Of a stretch of DNA of 64,000 nt, positions 40,860 through 49,978 are shown one piece after another; within the stretch, counting starts at the first letter, position 1, and every line of letters starts with the position of its first letter. The translations under genes were made by a program, and so were the position numbers. Location of the stretch: NCBI GenBank assembly GCA_965279375.1, contig OZ257156.1:1216001-1280000 (forward strand), given 5' to 3'. The DNA comes from Gemmatimonas sp. (lineage in GTDB: Bacteria > Gemmatimonadota > Gemmatimonadetes > Gemmatimonadales > Gemmatimonadaceae). The notes beneath the pieces were generated by a model. That model searched no databases. It worked only from the letters and a program-made list of their open reading frames with translations, and was not told the origin of the DNA.

Positions 40860-41534
40860 GGTCCCACCGTGCGACGGCGATGAAGCGAGGCCCGCTCGGA
40901 TCATTGGGGTTCGCCCGACGTCACGGCGACATGCGGTGCGCTGGAAGTCGCGCAGGCCGTCTGACCACCGCGCGAATGCGTTCGCCGGGCGAGAGTGTGC
41001 CCACTAGTGAATCGGAAACGGTGCTCGAGCGGGTGCGCAGGTGTGTCTCACTCTCGTGGTCGTCCAAGTCGCGGTGCTGGTCGTGGCGTGATGCGAACGC
41101 GGCGCGCATCTCGCTCGTCGGAATCCGGCGCCTACCGGTGATCGGGCCTGATCGCGACAAGGTCGCGGCACGCGGCGGGGCCGCCGATGCTGTCTACCAG
41201 TTCGAGACACTTGATGTCGCGGCTCTCGCCCGATCGTCGCGCGCGTGGACGCGTCATGTCCGTGCGACCGCCGCCAACGTGGTCGAGCAGAACCAACACA
41301 CACGGCGACCACACGTGGCCTGCGAGCCGGCATCGCTCATCGCGTGCGACGCGGCTGCGACTCGTGGGCCGGTTGCCGGCCTTGGCCGGGCGAGCCCCGC
41401 CGGTGCCTCGCCGTACCGAGTGGCGTCAAGGTGTTTCCGGTCACTGCGCGCGTCTGGCGACGGTTGCTGCAGAGGCGAGGCGCGGGCGAAGGAGGCAGTC
41501 GTCGCTACTTACAACACTGCTGGGACCATCTAAC
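40853..41534 (+). other. Cassette without recognisable protein (candidate structured RNA, or Arg-rich ORF 40880-41533), copy B
   Basis: Paralogue of 36356-37043 with the same termini GTTAGATGGTCCCA/TGGGACCATCTAAC. Confidence 0.5.
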
Positions 41535-41639
41535 AAAGCGTTGCTGTTGTCGGCGGCATCACGGAGTGCGGCCATTGCTCCCTGCGGTCGCTGGCCGCAT
41601 CCTTTGATGAGCCGCCGCAACAGAACGCAATCGTTAGGT
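41528..41639 (+). repeat. attC site
   Basis: ATCTAAC...GTTAGGT. Confidence 0.92.
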
Positions 41640-41671
41640 GGCCCTCCAACCCATTGCTCGGAAGCCTTGAG

Positions 41672-42226
41672 ATGGAAAGCTGGCCTGAGCCACGCCGCAT
41701 CTTTCTGCACACATACAACTCACTAGTTCATCTGGCCGAGACAGTTGAGCATGGTCTTGTTGGCGTGCCCGAGAACGGCGCTGGGTCTGCGAGTAAGGCC
41801 AATCGGCTCCAGATTGATGACTGGGTACTGCTCCGCGTGACAGACCCGCTCTATCGCCCCGACCACCTAGTAATCGCGTCCCCTCTCCGAGTAATCGGAG
41901 CCCCCTTCCGGCAATCGCGGGAACCGCGAGATGCCCCGCGTTGGCCGGACCTCCTGTGGAAAGAGGAGAGGGAAGCAGGTGTCTCTCGCTACGGCTTTCG
42001 GATTCCGGTAACGCATGTTGGCACGCCGTTTCGGCAGCTGCAAATCGCCTTTGAAGATCTCGGGAATAGCGGTATCAAGGGACGGAATCGGAAGCTTCTA
42101 GAAGTCCCGAATCAGTGGGGGATCAAGTTCGTATCCAATGTGCTGGATGCGCGCTTCGAGATCGTACGCGTTCTCGATCTGTTGAGTCGCTTCTCGAAGG
42201 ACGCAGCCGGTACCGAGAACGGATGA
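41672..42226 (+). CDS. Cassette: EVE/PUA-like hypothetical protein
   Basis: LQIDDWVLLRV..RVIGAPF..LLWKEE..YGFRIPV resembles the EVE-domain pattern. Confidence 0.5.
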   Translation: MESWPEPRRIFLHTYNSLVHLAETVEHGLVGVPENGAGSASKANRLQIDDWVLLRVTDPLYRPDHLVIASPLRVIGAPFRQSREPRDAPRWPDLLWKEEREAGVSRYGFRIPVTHVGTPFRQLQIAFEDLGNSGIKGRNRKLLEVPNQWGIKFVSNVLDARFEIVRVLDLLSRFSKDAAGTENG

Positions 42227-42411
42227 GTGCCCTACGTGTTGTCTGGTCGACCTCGGAGATGAATCAGCTATCGTGATAGGCTCGCCGGCGAGACCTAGTT
42301 CTGCACGCAGGTATTGCTGATCGGGCCCGTGTTCGTAACATCCCTGACGGCGCTGCATTTCCCGTTCGCGCGGGAACAGCTTCATCTGCGATTCCGTAGC
42401 GGGGGAGGGCC

Positions 42412-42521
42412 ACCTAACCTTGCGTTGCGGCAGACAGGGCCTTCACGGATTGCTCCCTGTTCGCTGCGCTCACTGGTCGCATCCTATTGAAGGGCCCTGC
42501 TGCCGAACGCGCTCGTTAGAT
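42412..42521 (+). repeat. attC site
   Basis: ACCTAAC...GTTAGAT. Confidence 0.92.
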
Positions 42522-42738
42522 GGCGGCTCCAGCGGCGGTGAGACCGCGAGGTTCTCGAACTCGGGCTGGTGCAGACGGGGGGCAACGCGCTGCAAGGGTG
42601 ACGCTTGCTTAAGTGCGGCGCTGCGGGCGGGTGATGGCGCGGGCGCGTTGCCTTTGCGCAGTCTGTCACCTGTGCGAATACTACGCAGTGTGATCAGCGC
42701 GTCCTTGCCGGCGCAGAGTCAACGAATGGGAGTCCGAA

Positions 42739-43044
42739 ATGCCCGCAACCACAGAGTCGCCCCACCTCACGAAGGTCACCCCCGAGCGACGCGCGCTTGA
42801 GCTCGTGCTGGCCGTCGTGGCGCTCGCCGACCTCGCGTTCGCGTGGTCAGATGTTCACGCCCGGCACGCGGTGCCCTGGACGCGCTGGGCCCAACCGGTG
42901 TGGTTGGTGGGTCTGCTCTTCCTAACCCGACCAAACACGTCGCCGCGATGGCCCACCGTGCATCGGCGTGCACTCGTGGCGACCATCCTCTTTGGCGCGG
43001 GGCTTGCCGTCGCTCGCCTCTGGTCTCTGGGCACGCGTACGTGA
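42739..43044 (+). CDS. Cassette: small membrane protein
   Basis: GGGAG RBS; three hydrophobic segments. Confidence 0.65.
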   Translation: MPATTESPHLTKVTPERRALELVLAVVALADLAFAWSDVHARHAVPWTRWAQPVWLVGLLFLTRPNTSPRWPTVHRRALVATILFGAGLAVARLWSLGTRT

Positions 43045-43132
43045 CGTGCGCGTCGTTCTCGGTTCGCGTTCCGGCCGGCCCAGGGGCACCGACGAGCTGA
43101 CGTGTACGCTGGACCGCGCACATCGCGCCGCC

Positions 43133-43243
43133 ATCTAACCTTGCGTTGCGGCTCTCAGGGCCTTCAAGGATTGCACGCTTGCTCCCTGCGGTCGCGGCGT
43201 GCAACCTATTGAAGGGCCCTGCAGCCGAACGCGAACGTTAGAC
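43133..43243 (+). repeat. attC site
   Basis: ATCTAAC...GTTAGAC. Confidence 0.92.
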
Positions 43244-43505
43244 GGCGGTCGCCACTCCGTGCGGTGGCTAGTCTCCAACCGTCGCCGCAAGCAATCGCCC
43301 GGAAGGGACGCGTGTAGCTGGTCCGTCCTAAGGTACGAGTCCGTTGCATGCGAGTAGGAGTCTGAGGACGCGCGTGTCGCCCTCCCACGGGCGGACCGCG
43401 TTCGGCGCGGCCGCGTTCCGAGCGCGCTCGTGGTATGCTTGGGTGACGCCGCGTGCGATGCCCGTTGCGTTCGCCTCGCACTCCCATTCTCTCGCGCTGC
43501 CCATC

Positions 43506-43907
43506 ATGTCTCGTGCGTCCGTGCTTCGCGCCGCCTTGTGGAGTAGCGTCGGCCTCAATGCACTCGGGGTGGCCATCTTGGCGCCCCTCGCCGTCGGGCA
43601 GCCGTCCGCGCGCTGGCCGATCGAGGCGCCCCCGTACTATGCCGGGCAGCTCGCGTACACCATCGGCCTGTTCGGCCTCGTGTATGCGTGGCTGGCGCGC
43701 CAGCCGGTCGTGTCGCGGCCCCTGCTGGTCGTGGGCGCGCTCGGGAAGGCGGGGTTCTTCTTCTTGACGCTCGCGTATGCCGTGGCGGGTGCGGTGCCCC
43801 GCACGCTCGCCCTGCAAGCGACGCCCGATCTCGTCCTCGCGGGGGTGTTCCTGTGGGGCGCGCGCTCGAGCGTGCCGCCCAGCGCAGGGCCGGCCACCGC
43901 CGTCTAA
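43506..43907 (+). CDS. Cassette: 4-TM membrane protein, copy 1
   Basis: MSRASVLRAALW...; paralogue at 48475-48876; stop lies in the attC. Confidence 0.75.
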   Translation: MSRASVLRAALWSSVGLNALGVAILAPLAVGQPSARWPIEAPPYYAGQLAYTIGLFGLVYAWLARQPVVSRPLLVVGALGKAGFFFLTLAYAVAGAVPRTLALQATPDLVLAGVFLWGARSSVPPSAGPATAV

Positions 43908-44011
43908 CCTCGCGTTGCGGTTGACAGGGCCTGCCGGACTGCGCCCTTGTTCGCTGCGCTCACCGGGCGCATCCTATGGCAGGGCCCTGCAACCGAACGC
44001 AATCGTTAGCT
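43902..44011 (+). repeat. attC site
   Basis: GTCTAAC...GTTAGCT. Confidence 0.92.
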
Positions 44012-44299
44012 AGCGTTCGATGAAGGCGGGCGCGTCCGTTGCCTTTGGATGCGTTCGGCGGCAACAGAGCGCGTTGAGCTGATGGCTCGTGGCACAAAAC
44101 CGCGGACGCGGTGCACGCGGGCGACTGTGGACGTGCGAGCCAAGGAGTGCGCCAAGCACGCGGCGCCGGAAGGTCTGCTTCTGGGACCCGAGGCTTGACG
44201 GGGTTCGGTGCACCGGGCGAACGTCACTCGTCTGGTCGCACGACGAATGTCGGGCGCATCCGCTTGGTGTTGTGCGCCGACCCACGCCTCGGAGTACAA

Positions 44300-44725
44300 A
44301 TGGCACTTGCTGCATTGGAACGCTGGTCGCCGCGACGAATGCTCGCGCTGTGGATCGGAGGAGTCGGCTTACAGGCCGTGCTCCTCTTTGGGCCGCTGTG
44401 GTGGGCGGTTTCGAACGCGGCGCCGCAGCGCGCGGCCATCCAAGCCGTCCACGAGCGCTGGGACATCGCGGAGCGGGCCGACTCGCTGTCGGTGGCGTCG
44501 CAGCGTGCGGCCGAGGCGGCGCGCCACGGCTCGTCCGCGGCGGGCCCGGTCGGCGTCGTGCGGGTGCCCTCTATGCGACAGTCCATCGTCGCCCGTGGCC
44601 CCACGACGCCGTCCTGGTTGGCGCGCACGCTGTCCACGCTGTGGCTGTACGGGATTCCGGTGACGCTCCTGCTGCTCACGGCCGCGTGGTGGCGCCGTCG
44701 TCCCGCGCGCCCGACACTTGCGTGA
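44300..44725 (+). CDS. Cassette: 2-TM hypothetical protein
   Basis: GGAG RBS before MALAALERWSPRR; TM at both ends. Confidence 0.65.
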   Translation: MALAALERWSPRRMLALWIGGVGLQAVLLFGPLWWAVSNAAPQRAAIQAVHERWDIAERADSLSVASQRAAEAARHGSSAAGPVGVVRVPSMRQSIVARGPTTPSWLARTLSTLWLYGIPVTLLLLTAAWWRRRPARPTLA

Positions 44726-44745
44726 CGCGTAGTCGCCGCCACGCT

Positions 44746-44855
44746 AGCTAACCGTGCGTTGCGGCAGACAGGGCCTTTATGGATTGCTCCCTGTTCGCTT
44801 CGCTCACTGGTCGCATCCTGTTGAAGGGCCCTGCTGCCGAACGCGATCGTTAGGG
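44746..44855 (+). repeat. attC site
   Basis: AGCTAAC...GTTAGGG. Confidence 0.92.
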
Positions 44856-44906
44856 CGCAAACGATCATGGTGTCAGTGCAACTCAACGAATCAGGAGACA
44901 CGAAAC

Positions 44907-45395
44907 GTGAAGCCAATCTGGGGTCTCATCGGCGGCTACGGCACTCTGGTCCTACTCGCGTTCTGCGCGTACCACGCCCATCCCAAAGACTCCACTTCTG
45001 GGAGTCGCGCGCAACAGTACTCTCTTACGGTCATCATTGGCATCACCGGGGTGGTCCTTGGTTGGCTGGTGGGCCTTTTGGTCTCCCCATACGAAGGGAA
45101 CGAGGTTGATCGTTTCGCAGCGCTAGCAACGGCCGCCACCTCGTTCGTCTCTGGCTATTTGGTGAGCAAGATTGACCCAGCGATCACGGACGCACTCTCG
45201 AAGGAGAAGATCGGCAGTGGTGGCGGAACATACTTCATGCGCCTTCTCGTGTTTGTGTCGTGCGTTATGATCGGAAGTATCACCATGTATAGCTTTCGGG
45301 CTTACATTGGTGACTCGCGTCCATTGCCGCGTGCGCAGACGAAATCACCATCCGAAGGTGCGGCGCAGGCTGATTCGACGCGCGATGCGCCCTAA
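44907..45395 (+). CDS. Cassette: 4-TM hypothetical protein
   Basis: AGGAG RBS before GTG; four hydrophobic helices; stop lies in the attC. Confidence 0.7.
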   Translation: MKPIWGLIGGYGTLVLLAFCAYHAHPKDSTSGSRAQQYSLTVIIGITGVVLGWLVGLLVSPYEGNEVDRFAALATAATSFVSGYLVSKIDPAITDALSKEKIGSGGGTYFMRLLVFVSCVMIGSITMYSFRAYIGDSRPLPRAQTKSPSEGAAQADSTRDAP

Positions 45396-45497
45396 CATCG
45401 CCTTGCTGCTGTCAGGGCGGTAAGGAAGCACCCTGTTCGTTGCGCTCACTGGTCGCAATTTATGGAAGTGCCCTCCAGCAGAACGCTACCGTTAGGG
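45390..45497 (+). repeat. attC site, partly degenerate
   Basis: CCCTAAC...GTTAGGG intact, but stem mismatches (GCCTTG for GCGTTG, CCCTCC for CCCTGC). Confidence 0.8.
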
Positions 45498-45524
45498 CGC
45501 AAGCACATATCTACTTGGAGTCCG

Positions 45525-46223
45525 ATGCTGATAGGCTATGGAGAGGACTCTCTCACAATCGCGGTGCTACTGACGCACACGCCCCGCCTTCTGATGGCGC
45601 TTGGCGACGCGACAGAAGGCAATCGAGTGCTCACTCTCTATAGGCCATCCTTCGGCCGCCGCGCTGTAAGTGGGCGGCGGGGCCCGCCCTGCGTGTTCGG
45701 GGATTTCGACGCGATAATAATCACTCCAGAGTGCACCTATCTGATTGAGTCCAAGCGCACCGGATCGAGTGAGACGGAGGGTGCGGAGGTGCACCTGCGC
45801 AAGGAGCAGGTATGCCGCCACGCGGTCATGCGGGCATACATCGAGGAATGGCACGCGACCCGGGCTACCGGGTGGGACGACTTCATACGGCGTAGCGGCA
45901 TCGCAGGCCGCCTCCACGCACTCGGCCGGCAATTGCCACCCTCAGGTTCGAGACTTGCGGAGAATCTCCGGTATGTACTGAATATGGCGTCAATATCCTC
46001 GGGGCAGGTGCAAGATGTTCTGCTTTTCCTTCGCGACCTGTCCGCTACCGGCCCAAACGCCTCACCACCGACGGTTGTGACTGAGGTAGGCTTTGTCGTC
46101 GTCCACGCGCGAATTGACACCATTAACCATGGATGGACGATGATCGCGCCGGCTACCGTAGCTCCATCAGTTGAGTTTTGGCTCTCTCCGTTCAAGTCGT
46201 ATCGAATCGCACCCGTACCTTGA
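45525..46223 (+). CDS. Cassette: PD-(D/E)XK nuclease-like protein
   Basis: GGAG RBS; GYGED..FGDFDAIII...YLIESK. Confidence 0.6.
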   Translation: MLIGYGEDSLTIAVLLTHTPRLLMALGDATEGNRVLTLYRPSFGRRAVSGRRGPPCVFGDFDAIIITPECTYLIESKRTGSSETEGAEVHLRKEQVCRHAVMRAYIEEWHATRATGWDDFIRRSGIAGRLHALGRQLPPSGSRLAENLRYVLNMASISSGQVQDVLLFLRDLSATGPNASPPTVVTEVGFVVVHARIDTINHGWTMIAPATVAPSVEFWLSPFKSYRIAPVP

Positions 46224-46322
46224 GTCGCGGTAAATGCGGCCTGTCAGAAATGCAAGCGTGCTCGATGCGCTCGCAGAACGCAGCCATTGTAAGGCCGATA
46301 TCACGGAACGCGAACACTAGAG
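46212..46322 (+). repeat. Decayed attC site (both core sites mutated)
   Basis: CCCGTACCTTGAGTCGCGG...GCTCGATGCGCTCGC...GAACGCGAACACTAGAG is colinear with the attC consensus and has the same 111-bp length. Confidence 0.75.
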
Positions 46323-46338
46323 CGCAAGCCGGATCTTT

Positions 46339-46980
46339 ATGAACTCCAAGATCGCGAAGTGGCATCGCTGGCTCGAGGAGATCAACCCTCAGATGCGATC
46401 CCTACTCTGGTCTCGCCAGATCTACAACGAGACACTGTTCGTCATTCGGTCGAACCCGTTGTTGCCCCAAAGAAACTCATTCCTTAGCGCGATGCAGCTG
46501 TGGTACGAGGCATCCGCGCTATCGGGAATCCGCCGTCAGCTCAAATCATCTACTCAAAGCATCTCCTTGGTCCGGCTAGTTGAGGAAATCCGTGATCAGT
46601 CTGAGCTACTGAGCCGTGCGCGATGGAGGACACTACACGCCACCGCGGCATTCCCAGAGTACGCCGATGCAGTGTTCAGCAAGTATGCCGGGAATGCCGA
46701 GTGCATCGGCCGCGCGCAGGTCGACGCCGATCTCGCAGCGCTCAGCCGTATAGCGCTAAAGTGTGAGACGTTTGCCGACAAGCGCCTGGCGCACCATGAT
46801 AGAGGAGCCGAGCCAGAACTCCCCACCTACGAAAATCTGGACGCGACGCTCGACAATCTGAACGGCCTGTTCAAGAAGTACCATGTACTAGTTACGACGA
46901 AGAGCGTGTCGACAGAAACTAGTATTGCGTACAACTGGAAGAGCATATTTCAACAGCCATGGTTGCCGATTGCGCCCTAA
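46339..46980 (+). CDS. Cassette: AbiU2-like HEPN protein
   Basis: SISLVRLV, FADKRLAHHD HEPN-type motif; stop lies in the attC. Confidence 0.7.
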   Translation: MNSKIAKWHRWLEEINPQMRSLLWSRQIYNETLFVIRSNPLLPQRNSFLSAMQLWYEASALSGIRRQLKSSTQSISLVRLVEEIRDQSELLSRARWRTLHATAAFPEYADAVFSKYAGNAECIGRAQVDADLAALSRIALKCETFADKRLAHHDRGAEPELPTYENLDATLDNLNGLFKKYHVLVTTKSVSTETSIAYNWKSIFQQPWLPIAP

Positions 46981-47085
46981 CCTTGCGTTGCGCTTGACAG
47001 GGCCGCGAAGGATGGCGGCCTGTTCGCTGGCGCTCACTGGCCGCAATTTATGGAAGGGCCCTGCAAGCGAACGCGATCGTTAGAC
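46975..47085 (+). repeat. attC site
   Basis: CCCTAAC...GTTAGAC. Confidence 0.92.
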
Positions 47086-47117
47086 CGCTTCACTCTTGAC
47101 CCGTTGATTCAGCGTCT

Positions 47118-48077
47118 ATGAGCACTGAACCAGTTGGCTTCCTCGTGGAGAAGTTCGTGGCCGCAGACGATCTACTCGACGCGCTGTCGCGGCGAGACTC
47201 ACGCTGGGCAGCGAGTCCTACCTCGTGGATCTTCCGAGGACAGTCTGATTCCCGCTGGGAATTGGTTCCGAGCGCTCTACGCACAAATGCAGAGTTTAGC
47301 TACGGGCCGAACTCCTTCTACAAGCGAGGAGCGCTCTTCCATGAGCAGATTACCGCCGAAGCGACTCTCGTTCGCACATTCCTTTCGGAGCTAGATCGAA
47401 ACGGAATCGCGTTGCCGTCGGATGCGTCTTGGCGGTGGAATGACATGATGAAGATGTTCGATGATCTGCTCAACCACGGGAAGTTTGCGTATTGGCCGCC
47501 TACTGACCTCATTCCACTGTTTGCCTTGGCCCAGCATTCAGGCGTTCCAACCCGACTTCTCGACTGGACTGCGAGGCCGCTAGTAGCCGCCTATTTCGCG
47601 GCCGTGGATGCCGCGCGCGCGTTCGCGACTGGAATGGCTTCAGACACGCATCTTGCCGTTTGGGCACTCAGAACAGAGCAGGCCCGTGCCGTCGTGATGG
47701 TCGACATAGAGAAGCCTCGTCAGCCTGAAATTCAACTCGTTGGCGCACCTCGTTCCACAAATCCCAATCTGCACGCGCAAGACGGAAGATTCACACTCTT
47801 GGTAGACAACACCATCGGTTGGAACTCTCCGGCGGCTGTCCCCTCGCTCGATGGACTCATGCGCGCCCGACTTGAAGAAGCGGCACAGGCGGGACGAGAA
47901 ATTAGAAGTCCACCGCTGAGAAAGCTCGAACTTCCCATCTCGGAAGCCGGAGCGCTACTCCGGCTACTCTCGGCAGAGTGGGTGAGCGCGTCGTCCATCT
48001 ATCCTGGGATGCGCGGTGTCGTCGAGGCAATACGCGAGCGGGGTTTGTGGGACACTGCCGCGCAGAAGGTTTCGTAA
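47118..48077 (+). CDS. Cassette: FRG domain protein
   Basis: WIFRGQ..W.LVPSALR, LAQHSGVPTRLLDWT, N.HAQDGRF, SIYPG. Confidence 0.92.
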   Translation: MSTEPVGFLVEKFVAADDLLDALSRRDSRWAASPTSWIFRGQSDSRWELVPSALRTNAEFSYGPNSFYKRGALFHEQITAEATLVRTFLSELDRNGIALPSDASWRWNDMMKMFDDLLNHGKFAYWPPTDLIPLFALAQHSGVPTRLLDWTARPLVAAYFAAVDAARAFATGMASDTHLAVWALRTEQARAVVMVDIEKPRQPEIQLVGAPRSTNPNLHAQDGRFTLLVDNTIGWNSPAAVPSLDGLMRARLEEAAQAGREIRSPPLRKLELPISEAGALLRLLSAEWVSASSIYPGMRGVVEAIRERGLWDTAAQKVS

Positions 48078-48091
48078 CCTGTGCCAAAGCG

Positions 48092-48202
48092 GTCTAACCT
48101 TGCGTTGCGCTTGACAGGGCCGCGATGGTTGGCGGCCTGTTCGCTGGCGCTCACTGGCCGCAATTTATGGAAGGGCCCTGCAAGCGAACGCGCTCGTTAG
48201 AC
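48092..48202 (+). repeat. attC site
   Basis: GTCTAAC...GTTAGAC. Confidence 0.92.
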
Positions 48203-48474
48203 GGCGGTCGCCACTCCTCTCGGTGGCTAGCCTCCCATCGTCGCCGCAAGCAATTGCCCTGAAGGGCCGCGTGTAGATGGTCCGTGCTGCGGCCCGAGTC
48301 TGTGGTAGCCGAAGCGGAGTTTGAGGCGTGTCAGGACGTGCGAGCCCGCCCTCCCACGGGCGGACGGCGTTCGGCGCGGCCGCGCTCCGTGGGCGCTGGT
48401 GGTATGCTTGGGGGACGCCTCGTGCGGTGCCCATTGCCAACGCCTCGCGCTTTCATCCTTTCGCGCTGCCTGTT

Positions 48475-48876
48475 ATGTCCCGTGCGTCCGTGCTGCGTGC
48501 CGCCTTGTGGAGTAGCGTCGGCCTCAATGCGCTCGGCGTGGCGATCTTGGTGCCGCTCGCCCTCGGGAGGCCGTCCCCCCGCTGGCCGATGGAGGCGCCG
48601 CCGTACTACGCGGCGCAGCTCGCGTACACCATCGGCCTGTTCGGGCTGGTGTATGCGTGGCTGGCCCGCCAGCCGGTGGTGTCGCGGCCCCTGCTGGTCG
48701 TGGGCGCGCTCGGGAAGGCGGGGTTCTTTCTCCTGACGCTCGCGTATGCCGTGGCGGGCGTCGTGCCCCGCACGCTCGCGCTGCAAGCGACGCCCGATCT
48801 CGTCCTCGCGGTGGTATTCCTGTGGGGGGCGCGCCCGAGCGTGCCGCCCGGCGCAGGGCAGGCAACCGCCGTCTAA
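48475..48876 (+). CDS. Cassette: 4-TM membrane protein, copy 2
   Basis: 12 aa differences in 133 relative to 43506-43907. Confidence 0.75.
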   Translation: MSRASVLRAALWSSVGLNALGVAILVPLALGRPSPRWPMEAPPYYAAQLAYTIGLFGLVYAWLARQPVVSRPLLVVGALGKAGFFLLTLAYAVAGVVPRTLALQATPDLVLAVVFLWGARPSVPPGAGQATAV

Positions 48877-48983
48877 CCTCGCGTTGCGGTTGACAGGGCC
48901 TTCACGGAGTGCGGCCTATTGCTCGCTGCGCTCGCGGGCCGCATCCTGTTGAAGGGCCCTGCAACCGAACGCAATCGTTAGCT
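48871..48983 (+). repeat. attC site
   Basis: GTCTAAC...GTTAGCT. Confidence 0.92.
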
Positions 48984-48999
48984 GGCTGCCAGGGTCCGC

Positions 49000-49040
49000 T
49001 TGACCGCGAGGGCGTCAGGGCTCCATTCTTACTGGTAAGA
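49000..49040 (+). promoter_or_regulatory. Putative TA promoter with overlapping palindromic operator
   Basis: TTGACC-18 nt-CATTCT; TCTTAC-TG-GTAAGA palindrome at 49027-49040. Confidence 0.55.
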
Positions 49041-49057
49041 CTTCTCCGGAGACTGTC

Positions 49058-49321
49058 ATGCCCGATGCCGCCACGACCACGCTCTCATCCAAGGGCCAAG
49101 TCGTCATTCCCGAAGCCATCCGCGAGCGCCTCGGTCTGAAGACGGGTGCCCAGTTCGTCGTCGTGGCCGATCGCGACGTCGTGATTCTCAAAGTGTTGGA
49201 GGCCCCGGCGCTGTCCGAGTTTGCGGCGCTGACGGCGCAGGCGCGTCGCGTCGCAAAGGCGAGTCGTCTCAAGCCGGCCGACGTCCCCCGGGCGATCGCG
49301 AAGGTACGCCGCTCGAAGTGA
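49058..49321 (+). CDS. Cassette: AbrB/MazE-type antitoxin
   Basis: TTLSSKGQVVIPEAIRERLGL..G. Confidence 0.9.
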   Translation: MPDAATTTLSSKGQVVIPEAIRERLGLKTGAQFVVVADRDVVILKVLEAPALSEFAALTAQARRVAKASRLKPADVPRAIAKVRRSK

Positions 49322-49740
49322 ACGTCGTCCTCGATACGAACGTCCTGGTTTCGGGGCTCCTCTTCGGTGGCGTACCCGGGCGCATCCTCACCGCGTGGAA
49401 CGCAGGGCGTGTCACCCTCGTGCTGTCGCCGCCGATCCTCGACGAGTATCGCCGGGTGGGTCTCGAGCTCGCGAAGGGACGGGCGCCCCTCATTGAGGCG
49501 CTCGATGCCCTCCTCGCCATGCTCACCGTCCACGCGACGCTCGTGGACGCGCCCGCGTTGGCCACGCGCGTGAGTGAGGATCCCGACGACGACATGTTCC
49601 TCGCCGCCGCACTCGCCGCGCACGCGCGCCTCATTGTGTCCGGTGACAAGCACCTGCTGCGCGTGTCGGGTTGGGCGGGGATCGAGGTGGTGAAAGCGCG
49701 CACGTTCGTCGATCGCTATCTCACCCCGAGTGACGCGTAG
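49318..49740 (+). CDS. Cassette: PIN-domain (VapC-like) toxin
   Basis: VVLDTNVLVS, DPDDDMFL, IVSGDKHLL; GTGA overlap with the antitoxin. Confidence 0.9.
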   Translation: MNVVLDTNVLVSGLLFGGVPGRILTAWNAGRVTLVLSPPILDEYRRVGLELAKGRAPLIEALDALLAMLTVHATLVDAPALATRVSEDPDDDMFLAAALAAHARLIVSGDKHLLRVSGWAGIEVVKARTFVDRYLTPSDA

Positions 49741-49783
49741 TGGTGTGCGCGGGGGCCGAGGACGCCGGGTCGTCGTGACAGCC

Positions 49784-49893
49784 AGCTAACAGCGCGTTGC
49801 TGTTGGCAACGGCTTCACGGATTGCGGCCTGTTCGCTGCGCTCACTGGCCGCAACTTATTGAAAGCCGTTGCAACAGAACGCAATCGTTAGAT
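49784..49893 (+). repeat. attC site
   Basis: AGCTAAC...GTTAGAT. Confidence 0.92.
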
Positions 49894-49978
49894 GGCGCTA
49901 CATTCGCTCAGCTGCTCGAGGGTGCGGAGACGCTATCAGAAGACCTCTCACCACCAACACACTATGGGGATCGCTTGA

